Source of the DNA: Eubacteriales bacterium
GTDB lineage: Bacteria; Bacillota; Clostridia; Oscillospirales; CAG-272
Assembly (NCBI GenBank): GCA_045644325.1
Contig: JAZRGT010000045.1
Span: forward strand, 11,295-75,294
DNA: 64,000 nt
Direction of reading: 5' to 3'
In this document: piece by piece, positions 49,608 to 59,226 of the stretch
How positions within the stretch are numbered: position 1 is the stretch's first letter
How the letters are laid out: the number at the start of each line of letters is the position of its first letter
The notes under the pieces: generated by a model
What the model was told of the DNA's origin: nothing
The model's input: only the letters and a program-made list of their open reading frames with translations
Database searches by the model: none
Made by a program: the position numbers and the translations under genes

Positions 49608-51104
49608 ATGAAAAAGACTCGCATCTTTGCAGGCATTATGGCCGTTCTGACGATCGCGCTCTGTCTCGCATCTTGTGCTAACACTCCCGTTGACCCCGAA
49701 ACAACAACCGCTGCAAGCGAGAACGCATCCACTGAAGCACCCGTAGCCGGCTCTACCGAACCCACAGAGACCACATACCCCGTTGACGAAAACGGCTACG
49801 AGCTTGACAGACTCCCCGAGCTTAACTATGGCGACAAGGAATTCGTTCTCTTCACCTGGTCCAATCAGGTCCAGTGGGAATGGAACGAGGACGGCACCAC
49901 TACCGGTGACAAGATCCACGACGCTATCTACAACCGTCAGGTCCGTACCGAGGAGCGTCTTGGCATCAAGTTCTCCATCTCCAAGCAGACCGGTGACTGG
50001 AGCAACAGAAACTCCTTCATCACCACCGTTGAGGCTAACGTTGCCGCAGGTAATCAGGACGCATTCGACCTTGTAGGTCAGTACACCCCTGCAGCTCCCA
50101 TCGGCGCTATGAAGAACCTCTACCTCGACCTCAATGAGGTACAGTACCTTGATTACGAGCGCGCTTGGTGGCCTGAGGATATTCTCGAATCCTGCAGCAT
50201 CAACGACAACCTCTACTTCATCACCGGCGATATCACCGGTACTCTCGTACGTAACATTCACTCGGTTCACTGCAACCTCGACCTTGCAGAGACCTACAAT
50301 CTCCCCAACGTATATGAGCTCGTTGAGTCCGGCGAATGGACCTTCGACAAGTTTGCTGAGATCTCTCTCGGTGTTGTTACCGGACTTAACCCCGACGGTT
50401 CTCCCGGTTACAGCGTAACCTTCACCGATAACGTTCAGTTTGACAGCCTTTTCTACGGCGGTGGATTTCGTTTCGTTGAGAAGGATGCCGACGGCAAGCT
50501 CATTATGTCCCCCGAGCTTTCGGGCGAGCGCCTTGAGAACTGGTACCAGACTTGGAACCGTTTCCTCTATGATAACGCAGATGTAGAGCTTCTTGGCACC
50601 AATAAGGCAAACGGATTTGCTTCCGGTAACGTTCTCTTCAACTGCGGTACCGTTGCAGACGTTCAGAACTATCTCCAGGAAGTAAGCTTCGACTTTGCAA
50701 TCCTCCCCTTCCCCAAGTACGATGATAACCAGGAAAACTACTGCACCACCACCAGCTATTGGGTAAGTATGTTCTCCATCCCCGCTAACGCTAACGATCC
50801 CGATATGTCCGCGGCAGTTCTTGAATGTCTCGGATCTTACGGTTACCGTTACCTCACCACAGTTATTTACGAGCAGGCTTTCCAGTACCGTTACCTCGAT
50901 ACTCTCGAAAATGCGAGAATGTTCGATCTTCTCCACAACACCCTCGTATTCGACCCCGGTAAGCTCTTCGCAGATCAGCTTAACTGCTTCTCCGCGTTCC
51001 GTAAGGCAGCGGGAACAGATACTCCCTCCTGGTCTACGTACTACAAGACAAACAAGGTAGCTTGGGAAAGATCTCTTGCAAAGATCATTAGCACTCTTGG
51101 CTAA
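49608..51104 (+). CDS. Orphan solute-binding lipoprotein, tandem copy B
   Basis: Colinear paralog of 47901-49400 with shared SD (AGAAAGGAATCTATAC), promoter and terminator. Confidence 0.88.
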   Translation: MKKTRIFAGIMAVLTIALCLASCANTPVDPETTTAASENASTEAPVAGSTEPTETTYPVDENGYELDRLPELNYGDKEFVLFTWSNQVQWEWNEDGTTTGDKIHDAIYNRQVRTEERLGIKFSISKQTGDWSNRNSFITTVEANVAAGNQDAFDLVGQYTPAAPIGAMKNLYLDLNEVQYLDYERAWWPEDILESCSINDNLYFITGDITGTLVRNIHSVHCNLDLAETYNLPNVYELVESGEWTFDKFAEISLGVVTGLNPDGSPGYSVTFTDNVQFDSLFYGGGFRFVEKDADGKLIMSPELSGERLENWYQTWNRFLYDNADVELLGTNKANGFASGNVLFNCGTVADVQNYLQEVSFDFAILPFPKYDDNQENYCTTTSYWVSMFSIPANANDPDMSAAVLECLGSYGYRYLTTVIYEQAFQYRYLDTLENARMFDLLHNTLVFDPGKLFADQLNCFSAFRKAAGTDTPSWSTYYKTNKVAWERSLAKIISTLG

Positions 51105-51272
51105 TTTCATAAAAATAACACTCGCTTCGGCGGGTGTTATTTTTACTATAAATCTATCTTCAGCTTCAGCTTAAAATGAACAAAACGCCGTTTTTTCAAA
51201 AAGCTATTGAAATCCTCGAAGATTTGTAGTATAATATTATACGGAAAATTTTTATAAAAAAGGAAGACTAAA

Positions 51273-52334
51273 ATGAAAAACAAGTCTCAGAATCCCATTA
51301 TCACAGTTATCGGCTGCGGTATGATGGGTTCCTCCATCACCTGGCCCGCAGCTTACAACGGCTGCAAGATCCGTTACGTTGGTTCTCCCCTTGACGGCGA
51401 GATCATCGCGCACGCTCGCGCTACCGGTGAGCACCTCACCCTCAAGCGCCCCATTCCCGCAGGCACCGAGTTCTACACCGTTGACGAGATGGAAAAAGCT
51501 CTCGAGGGCGCTGATCTTTCTATCTGCGGCGTATCCAGCTTCGGTCTCGACTGGTACCTCGATTACGTAATTCCGCGCCTCCCCGACGGAGTTCCGGTCC
51601 TCTCTATCTCCAAGGGTATGATCCACCTCGGCGAGGGTAAGATGATCTCCTACCCTGAAAAGATGGAAGAGGTTGCAGCAGCTTGCGGCAAGAACATTGA
51701 CTTCTGCGCAGTTGGCGGTCCTTGCACCTCCTATGAGCTTGCAGACCTCGACCCCTCTTGCGTAACCTTCTGCGGACGCAAGATCGAGCTTCTCCGCGAG
51801 ATCCGTGATCTCTTCGAGGCTCCCTACTACCATGTAAGCCTTTCCACCGACGTTCGCGGTGTTGAGTGCGCAGTTGCTCTCAAGAACGCTTACGCTCTCG
51901 GCGTATCTCTCGCTATCGGTATGTCCTACAAGCGCGAGGGACGTGAGTTCGAGCATTACAACTCCCAGGCAGCTCTCTTCGGTCAGGCTGTTCGCGAGAT
52001 GAGAATCCTTCTCGACCTCTGCGGCGGTCATCCCGACAACATCGAGCTTGGCGCAGGCGACCTTTACGTTACCGTATTCGGCGGCAGAACCCGTAAGATC
52101 GGTACTCTCCTTGGAACCGGCATGAGCTTCAAGGATGCTATGGAAGCTCTCAAGGGCGTTACTCTCGAGTCCATCGCTATCGCGGGCAGAACCGTTGAGG
52201 CAGCTAAGACTCTCGAGGCTATGGGCGTTATCAAGGCTGACGATCTTCCCCTTCTCTACCACATCGGCAGACTTCTCGACAACGAGACCGGCATCGATGT
52301 TCCGTGGAAGAAGTTTGAAAAGGAAGTATATTAA
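51273..52334 (+). CDS. NAD(P)H-dependent glycerol-3-phosphate dehydrogenase family protein (divergent)
   Basis: IGCGMMGS Rossmann motif, SKG, GGP, D..GVE...ALKN, G.GDL.VT. Confidence 0.8.
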   Translation: MKNKSQNPIITVIGCGMMGSSITWPAAYNGCKIRYVGSPLDGEIIAHARATGEHLTLKRPIPAGTEFYTVDEMEKALEGADLSICGVSSFGLDWYLDYVIPRLPDGVPVLSISKGMIHLGEGKMISYPEKMEEVAAACGKNIDFCAVGGPCTSYELADLDPSCVTFCGRKIELLREIRDLFEAPYYHVSLSTDVRGVECAVALKNAYALGVSLAIGMSYKREGREFEHYNSQAALFGQAVREMRILLDLCGGHPDNIELGAGDLYVTVFGGRTRKIGTLLGTGMSFKDAMEALKGVTLESIAIAGRTVEAAKTLEAMGVIKADDLPLLYHIGRLLDNETGIDVPWKKFEKEVY

Positions 52335-52387
52335 TTTATACATAACAGTAACCCCGAGGCAAATTACCTCGGGGTTATTTATTAAAG

Positions 52388-54367
52388 TCAGATCTCCCGT
52401 CTCTTGGAAACTACCGTAAAGGTTGCGACCGAGATAATAAGGAGTGTTAGTAAGAGCACCGATGCATCGCCTGTGGGAACAGGATCAACAGGATCTGTAA
52501 CCTCGGGAGAGGTAAGCTTGTTGACATAACCGTTGTCTGTCTTGATAACAGAGTTTTCTCCCGTGGAAACGGTTGTAGGATCGAACGTTCCGTCAAGCGT
52601 CATAAAGAATACATCTTCATTCTTTGCGTTATTTGATCTATATGCTTCATTTATCAAGTATATAGCCTCGCCGTTTGTCAGCACCGCGGTATCAAACGAT
52701 TCAAGTATATATTTTTTCTCAGCATCTGAACCCGAATATACACCCGATTTTTCGCGAGTGATCGTGTAAGAGTAACCTTTCTCAACGAGATTGGTATTGA
52801 GTGCGCCCGTAACGAGATCATAAGACTTGCAATATACAAGTCCCGCGACCATTGGATCGGAGTCGTTATCGATAAGCTTACCGCTTACCATATTATTAGT
52901 GATGGTAAGATCTGCGCCACCGCCCGAATATCCGACAAGAAACGCAGGCACGCGAGTGTTGCCAAGCCCATCTCCGACAGTAATATCGCAGTTTACAATA
53001 CAGTTATTAATGATGACTCTTGAGCCTCCGAGTCGGTATCCATCGCTGGCATCCGAAGCTTTTGCACGCGTATGCCCAACTATGCCCGCAACTCCGTTAT
53101 CCGTACTGTCGGGCTTACCGCTTTCGTTATAAAGCACGGTCACATCTCCTGCGCTGATGCAGTACTCAAAATATACGTCACCGCGTCCGGATGTAATGCC
53201 CGATCTGCCGAGGAGACCGCCCACACACTGCGCTCCCGTGACATTACCCGTATTGATACAATAGCGGAACGAGCTCTGTGTTCCCCTCGCAATGTCATTT
53301 TGGAATCTGATAAAAGCTCTGCCGCAGATTCCGCCCGCGTGCTCTGCGGGAGAAAGGATGTCGCCTGTATTGAGACAACCGATAAACACTGCAACATTTT
53401 CGTTAACATAACCGGCAATTCCGCCTGCGGTTTTTGCTCCACCTGAGGTAATATTACCGTTATTCACGCATTCGTGAAAAGAAGTATATGCACCGTCGTT
53501 GTCGCTTACCATCGGTTGAGTGGTACCGATTATACCACCCGCATGTCCTGTCTTGCCATCGAGCACGGAAACAGCTCCGTTGTTTATACAGCTGTAAAAG
53601 GTGCTGGAACCCGCCGCGTAAGCGAGAATACCCGCGACCTGCGTCATACCAACAACTTCACCGTTATTTACGCAGTCATAGAAGGTTGCATTGCCCGAAA
53701 GTCCGGTTCCTCTGCAGACGATACCGCCTACGTATCCATCGGATGCAGAGATTTTTCCGTTATTTACGCAGCCCATGAAGAGAGCCGTCACTCTTACGTC
53801 AGCCCAACCGTAAATGCCTCCCGCATACTTAACAACACTGACATCACCGTTGTTTTCACAATCAAATATCTGTACCTCCGACTGTGCTTTACCAGTAGCA
53901 ACGATAGAAGCAGCTCTCGTATTCGGAGAGGTAACCGTAATATCGACATCAGAAATAATATCGCGGAAAACAGCCTTGCCGTCAGCGATTACCGCCACGG
54001 CAGATATAAAATCCTCCCGTCCGGACTCACTCAAATAAGGAGAAGCCTCATTAAGCTTGATCTCTCCGCTCACCCTGAAATTTGAGACAGTCGAACCGTT
54101 TACGTTACCGAAAATGGGTGCGCTTACAGTTATTGTATGACCGCAACCATTGAAAACGCCGCAGAAGATTTCAGGATAGGTCTGCGTCAGTGTGATATCG
54201 TTTGCGAGATAATACTTTCCGTTCGGGTCCATAGCCATAAACTCCGCCTCTGTCTTGACAGCGATCTGGTCCCCGCCTCTGATTCCGGTCAGATTGGCAG
54301 CCGATGAAGATAGTACAAGAGCGTAAAGCATCGAAACAACGCAAAACATTGCGATTATTTTCTTCAT
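52388..54367 (-). CDS. Secreted beta-helix/GLUG-like repeat surface protein with sortase-type tail
   Basis: Signal peptide; many C.N.G.V...GGI.G repeats; C-terminal DPVPTGD, TM, KRR. Confidence 0.78.
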   Translation of the reverse strand: MKKIIAMFCVVSMLYALVLSSSAANLTGIRGGDQIAVKTEAEFMAMDPNGKYYLANDITLTQTYPEIFCGVFNGCGHTITVSAPIFGNVNGSTVSNFRVSGEIKLNEASPYLSESGREDFISAVAVIADGKAVFRDIISDVDITVTSPNTRAASIVATGKAQSEVQIFDCENNGDVSVVKYAGGIYGWADVRVTALFMGCVNNGKISASDGYVGGIVCRGTGLSGNATFYDCVNNGEVVGMTQVAGILAYAAGSSTFYSCINNGAVSVLDGKTGHAGGIIGTTQPMVSDNDGAYTSFHECVNNGNITSGGAKTAGGIAGYVNENVAVFIGCLNTGDILSPAEHAGGICGRAFIRFQNDIARGTQSSFRYCINTGNVTGAQCVGGLLGRSGITSGRGDVYFEYCISAGDVTVLYNESGKPDSTDNGVAGIVGHTRAKASDASDGYRLGGSRVIINNCIVNCDITVGDGLGNTRVPAFLVGYSGGGADLTITNNMVSGKLIDNDSDPMVAGLVYCKSYDLVTGALNTNLVEKGYSYTITREKSGVYSGSDAEKKYILESFDTAVLTNGEAIYLINEAYRSNNAKNEDVFFMTLDGTFDPTTVSTGENSVIKTDNGYVNKLTSPEVTDPVDPVPTGDASVLLLTLLIISVATFTVVSKRREI

Positions 54368-54494
54368 AAGTTTTTCCTCCTTAATTGACTTCATTATGAT
54401 TATATCATAATTCATTTTATTTGTCAAGAAATTGTATGGCTCTTAAGAATCAAAAAAAGACAACGGACAAGTTTATCCGTTGTCTTTTATTAAT

Positions 54495-55733
54495 TTAACC
54501 TACATAAATGGGGAACTTTGCGCAGAGCTCTGCAACGCCTTCGGCGATGGAAGCCTTCTTGCCCTCAAAATCATATACGGTATCGGCGATGAAGCCTGCG
54601 ATCTTGTCCATTTCCTCAAGACCGAAGCCGCGGGTGGTAACTGCGGGAGTACCTACACGGAGACCCGAGGTATAAGCGGGCTTCTGGGGGTCGTTGGGAA
54701 TCGCATTCTTGTTTGCGGTAATGTGTACCTTATCAAGGTTTACCTCAAGCTCACGTCCGGTCATACCGGTATCGCGGAGGTCGAGAAGCATAAGGTGGTT
54801 CTCGGTACCGCCAGAAACGAGCTTGATGCCGCGTTCGTTAAGACCCTTAGCAAGGCGTGCTGCATTAGCAACAACCTGCTTCTGATAGTCAACGAACTCG
54901 GGACGGAGAGCCTCGCCGAGCGCTACTGCCTTTGCGGCGATGATATGCATAAGGGGACCGCCCTGGGTTCCGGGGAAGATTGCCTTGTCGATAGCAGTTG
55001 CGAACTGCTCACGGCAGAGGATAAGACCGCCGCGAGGACCGCGGAGAGTCTTGTGAGTGGTAGTGGTTACGATATCTGCGTAAGGAACGGGCGAGGGATG
55101 AACTCCTGCGGCAACGAGACCTGCAATGTGCGCCATATCTACCATAAGGTATGCGCCAACCTCGTCAGCGATCTCACGGAACTTTGCAAAATCAATGATT
55201 CTGGGGTATGCGCTCGCTCCGGCAAGGATCATCTTGGGGCGGCACTCGAGAGCCATACGGCGTACCTCGTCGTAATCTATAAGGCCTGTTTCAGCATCAA
55301 CACCGTACTGATAGATGGTGAAGTACTTGCCCGAAATGTTGATGGGCAGACCGTGGGAGATATGTCCGCCGTGTGCGAGATTCATAGAAAGAACCTTGTC
55401 ACCGGGCTGAAGAAGTGCAAAGAAAGCCGCAAGGTTTGCGTTCGCACCGGAATGAGGCTGTACGTTTGCGTGATCTGCTCCCCAAAGCTTGCAAGCACGG
55501 GTGCGAGCAATCTCCTCAACCTCGTCAACGAATTCACATCCGCCGTAATAACGCTTGCCGGGATAACCCTCAGCATACTTGTTGGTAAGAACGCCTCCTG
55601 CAGCAAGAAGAACCGCTTCGGAAACAATATTCTCGGACGCGATAAGCTCAATGTTACCGCACTGACGCGCAAATTCTCTGCCGCACGCCGCGCCAACTTC
55701 AGCGTCAAAATCCTTTACTCTTTCAAAAAACAT
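54495..55733 (-). CDS. glyA: Serine hydroxymethyltransferase
   Basis: [46 protein letters not shown]; ATG at 55733 after GGAGG. Confidence 0.98.
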   Translation of the reverse strand: MFFERVKDFDAEVGAACGREFARQCGNIELIASENIVSEAVLLAAGGVLTNKYAEGYPGKRYYGGCEFVDEVEEIARTRACKLWGADHANVQPHSGANANLAAFFALLQPGDKVLSMNLAHGGHISHGLPINISGKYFTIYQYGVDAETGLIDYDEVRRMALECRPKMILAGASAYPRIIDFAKFREIADEVGAYLMVDMAHIAGLVAAGVHPSPVPYADIVTTTTHKTLRGPRGGLILCREQFATAIDKAIFPGTQGGPLMHIIAAKAVALGEALRPEFVDYQKQVVANAARLAKGLNERGIKLVSGGTENHLMLLDLRDTGMTGRELEVNLDKVHITANKNAIPNDPQKPAYTSGLRVGTPAVTTRGFGLEEMDKIAGFIADTVYDFEGKKASIAEGVAELCAKFPIYVG

Positions 55734-55857
55734 ATCATTGTCCTCCAAATAAAATATGCATTATTGTATCACATTTTGCAAGTTTTGTCAATAGTAAATT
55801 GCAAAAAAGACACGCTTGCTTCAAATAATTGAAGCAAGCGTGTAATATATTAGAATA

Positions 55858-57354
55858 TTAGTCGGTGTAACCCTTCATAATATCCTTGATCTTGTTGTTG
55901 ATAACTCTTTCACTTCTCTTAAGAGCGGAGAGGAATCCTGCGGGGTTACCGGAGAGACAAGTATCGCTGAATACCTTTGCGGGGAGCTTTTCGGTTGCGT
56001 AGTAGTAAAGCTGTCCAACGTCGAAGGAAACGTTTTCCTTGAGGATATCGAACATACCTGCAACCTGAGAGTCATCGGTATATCTAACCTTCATTGCAAC
56101 CTCGAATACAACGGGAGTTACAGAGCGGTAGTTCTGAGATGCCATAGCCTCAAGAGTGGTAGCGGTTGCTTCCATTTCCTTGGACTGTGCATTGATTGCG
56201 TACATAGTGTAGGGGTTACCGAGGTTGGTCTTGTACTCTTCCTGAGTCTTATCGAACTTAGGTACGGGAACTACGCCAACGGTAAAGTCAAAACCTTCGC
56301 CACCGGTATCGGTGCCGGGAATGTTGAATACACGGTCCATATGGAAGATGGACTGCTGAGTACGGAATGTGGTTCTATCGTCGTTACAAAGAATACCGGT
56401 TACCTTCATAGCGTTACCAACAGTCTCACAAATGTCTGCGCAACGCTGGCTGTTCCACTTTTCGGAGATACGAAGGCTACCGTCCTCTGCCTTTTCAAAA
56501 GAAGTGATGCCTGCGCCGATCATGAATGCGGTAATGTCGGTGGAGTAGATGGTGGAGCCGTAGAAGTCAGTAATATCCTTCTGACCGTTGTTATCTGCGT
56601 CTACGTAGATATCCTGAACGAGTCCGAGGAAGGATTCGAGAGTCCAGTTGTCCTCGTCTACCATATCCATAGGAGTCTTGCCGCCGGTCTTGTCAAGGAG
56701 GTGAGCCTCATAGAGGTCCTTGTTATACATAAATGCTACCATGTACCAAAGCATACTGGTTGCGATGTCACCGGTACAGAAGTAAAGTCTGTCGTTGATG
56801 GTGCACTCGGTAGTAAGAGCCTCGGGCCACCAGGGCTTTTCTACGTTGAAAGCTTCCTGCTGGAGGAGGTTTGCTGCCATACCTCTGAGGGTAAGGAGGG
56901 GGATGGTACGGCTATAGCCTGCGTAGATATCGAACTCGTTATCTGCAGCCCAGTCGTTTTCAGCCTGAGTGAGCCAAGAGGTGTAGTCGCCGGAGTCACC
57001 GGGAGCCTCAACCCATTCAAACTCAACGCCGAGTCTTTCGGTAACAGCAATGTTACGGTGATAGATAGCGTCGTCAATAAGGTCGCCGGTCTCATCGGAA
57101 TAGAACTCCATCATACGCCAGTCATCCCAAATGAAGAATGTAATGGTCTCGCCAAAGTTATAGGTTTCATTGAGGTCATCGGGCTCGTAAAGAGTTACTT
57201 CGGCAGTAGCTTCTTCCGAATCAGTGGGAGCCTGAGTCTGAGCAGAAGAGGGAGCCGTGGTGTCTTCGCCGCCGGTGTTTGCGCATGCTGCAAAGAGAGA
57301 AAGCATGGTTGTGAACACAAGAAGCAGTGTGATCAATTTGATGTACTTTTTCAT
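55858..57354 (-). CDS. Orphan solute-binding lipoprotein (cluster copy 3)
   Basis: Lipobox FAAC; ATG at 57354 after GGAGG; own TTGACA-17-TATAAT promoter at 57446-57474. Confidence 0.88.
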   Translation of the reverse strand: MKKYIKLITLLLVFTTMLSLFAACANTGGEDTTAPSSAQTQAPTDSEEATAEVTLYEPDDLNETYNFGETITFFIWDDWRMMEFYSDETGDLIDDAIYHRNIAVTERLGVEFEWVEAPGDSGDYTSWLTQAENDWAADNEFDIYAGYSRTIPLLTLRGMAANLLQQEAFNVEKPWWPEALTTECTINDRLYFCTGDIATSMLWYMVAFMYNKDLYEAHLLDKTGGKTPMDMVDEDNWTLESFLGLVQDIYVDADNNGQKDITDFYGSTIYSTDITAFMIGAGITSFEKAEDGSLRISEKWNSQRCADICETVGNAMKVTGILCNDDRTTFRTQQSIFHMDRVFNIPGTDTGGEGFDFTVGVVPVPKFDKTQEEYKTNLGNPYTMYAINAQSKEMEATATTLEAMASQNYRSVTPVVFEVAMKVRYTDDSQVAGMFDILKENVSFDVGQLYYYATEKLPAKVFSDTCLSGNPAGFLSALKRSERVINNKIKDIMKGYTD

Positions 57355-57584
57355 AGTAGCCTCCGTTTTAATTGGTAATATCATTGCAAACACGCACGGA
57401 AACTCTCGTCCGATTCGCATTTGCATTCATATTTTTAGTGCAATAATTATACCATAATCGTTCACATTTGTCAACCGATTTGAACAAAATTCGGCATTTT
57501 AAATAGATATTTCTTATTATTTTATTCACTTTGTACAAAGCCACCCGACGAACATTTTTTCGTCGGGTGGTCGTGTTTTATTGT

Positions 57585-59090
57585 TTAATCACCGTAAGCC
57601 TTCATCAGGTCGGCGATACCTTTTTCAATAAGTCTTTCGCTTCTCTTGAGAGAGGTAAGGAAAGAGGTGTAGTTTGTAGAAATTGCAGTGTTCGGGAAGA
57701 GGTTTGCAGTTACGTCGCCAAAGCTTGTTCCGTAAAGCTTGCCAAGGTCAAAGGATACGCCTTCCTTGAGGATGTCGAAGACCTGAGAGGTCTGTGCATC
57801 GTCGGAATATCTTACCTTCATTGCAACCTCGAATACTGCAGGAGTTACGCTGCGGTAGTTTTCGGAGCCCATCGCCTCAAGGGTGGTCACAGCTGCCTCG
57901 AGATTCTTGGAGGTAGCGTTGACTGCATAAATAGTGTAGGGGTTGCCGAGGTTGGTTCTGTACTTTTCCTGGCTGTTATCGTACTTCGGCACAGGAACAA
58001 CGCCGCAGGGAAATTCAACCTTATCCTCGGCGTTACCGTTATCTACGCCCTTGATAAGGAAGATACGGTCCATATGGAAGATAGAAGTGCCGTCAAAGAA
58101 AGGTCTTCTGGAGTCGGAGGTAGCAGCAAAAACGCCTGCCTGCTGGATGTAGCTTCCGAGAAGCGAACAAATGTCAGAGCAAAGCTGGCTGTTCCAGCTT
58201 TCGGAAATACGGAGTCCGCCGTCCTCGGTCTTCTCGAGGGAAGTAATACCTGCGCCGATCTGGAAAGCGCCAAGGTCGGTGGAGTACATGGTACATCCAA
58301 AGAAGTCGCCCTTGTCCTTCTTACCGTCCTGGTTATTATCTACGTAGAGATCCTTAACCATAGTAAAGAAGATATCCATTGTCCACTCGTTTGCAAGAAC
58401 CATATCCATAGGTGTTCTTTCAGTGGAAATATTAGCTTCGTAAAGTTCCTTATTATACATAAAGCCGTTCATATACCAAAGCATACTTGTTGCAATATCG
58501 CCGGTACAGAAATAGAGCTTATCATTTACAGTACACTCAGAGGTAAGAGCCTCGGGCCACCAGGGCTTTTCTACGCTGAACGCATCGTGCTCGAGAAGGT
58601 TGGTGGTCATACCCTTGGTTGCCATAAGGGGAGCGGAACGGCTATAGCCCGCATAGATATCGAAAACGTTATCCGACGCTCTATCGTTCTCTGCCTTCTG
58701 AATCCATACCTTGTAGTCACCGGAATCGCCGGGTTCTTCAACAAATTCGAGAGTGATGCCCAGTCTTTCGCTGACCTTAACATTTCTGTGGTAGATCGAG
58801 TCATCGATAATGTCGCCGGTTTCATCAGCGTAGAACTCGGTCATACGGTAGTCATCCCACATCAAAATGGTGATGGTGGTGTCGAAAGTGTACTTTTCAT
58901 CAAGATCGTCGGGGGCAAAGAGAGTGATCTCTTCGGTAGCCGGAGCTTCGGTAGCATCGTTGGCAGGCGCTTGGGTAGAAGCAAGTGCTTCGGTGGTTTC
59001 CTCTCCTGTTGTCTCTGCGCAAGCAGCAACAAGCGCAGTAATTGTTACAAGCGCTAACAGCAGGGCGATAAGTCGGATTATCTTTTTCAT
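57585..59090 (-). CDS. Orphan solute-binding lipoprotein (cluster copy 2)
   Basis: Lipobox VAAC; colinear with both neighbours; own promoter at about 59124-59152. Confidence 0.88.
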   Translation of the reverse strand: MKKIIRLIALLLALVTITALVAACAETTGEETTEALASTQAPANDATEAPATEEITLFAPDDLDEKYTFDTTITILMWDDYRMTEFYADETGDIIDDSIYHRNVKVSERLGITLEFVEEPGDSGDYKVWIQKAENDRASDNVFDIYAGYSRSAPLMATKGMTTNLLEHDAFSVEKPWWPEALTSECTVNDKLYFCTGDIATSMLWYMNGFMYNKELYEANISTERTPMDMVLANEWTMDIFFTMVKDLYVDNNQDGKKDKGDFFGCTMYSTDLGAFQIGAGITSLEKTEDGGLRISESWNSQLCSDICSLLGSYIQQAGVFAATSDSRRPFFDGTSIFHMDRIFLIKGVDNGNAEDKVEFPCGVVPVPKYDNSQEKYRTNLGNPYTIYAVNATSKNLEAAVTTLEAMGSENYRSVTPAVFEVAMKVRYSDDAQTSQVFDILKEGVSFDLGKLYGTSFGDVTANLFPNTAISTNYTSFLTSLKRSERLIEKGIADLMKAYGD

Positions 59091-59226
59091 AATCATCCTC
59101 CGTTAATTTAAATAAGATATCTTATTATAACACATTCGATATAATTTGTCAATAATATTTTAATTTTTTAAATTTTTTATAAAAAAGAGAACCCGCCCGA
59201 TTTGGGCAGGTTCTGCTGTAAGTCAA

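Noticed and set aside
51087-51104. TTAGCACTC half-CIRCE
   Set aside because: Inside a coding 3' end and lacks the N9-GAGTGCTAA second arm
47871-51110. Long antisense ORFs over the SBP genes (47871-49388, 49497-51110; also 57531-59057, 59497-60759)
   Set aside because: Same codon-bias shadow; the sense strand has lipoboxes, SDs, promoters and paralogy
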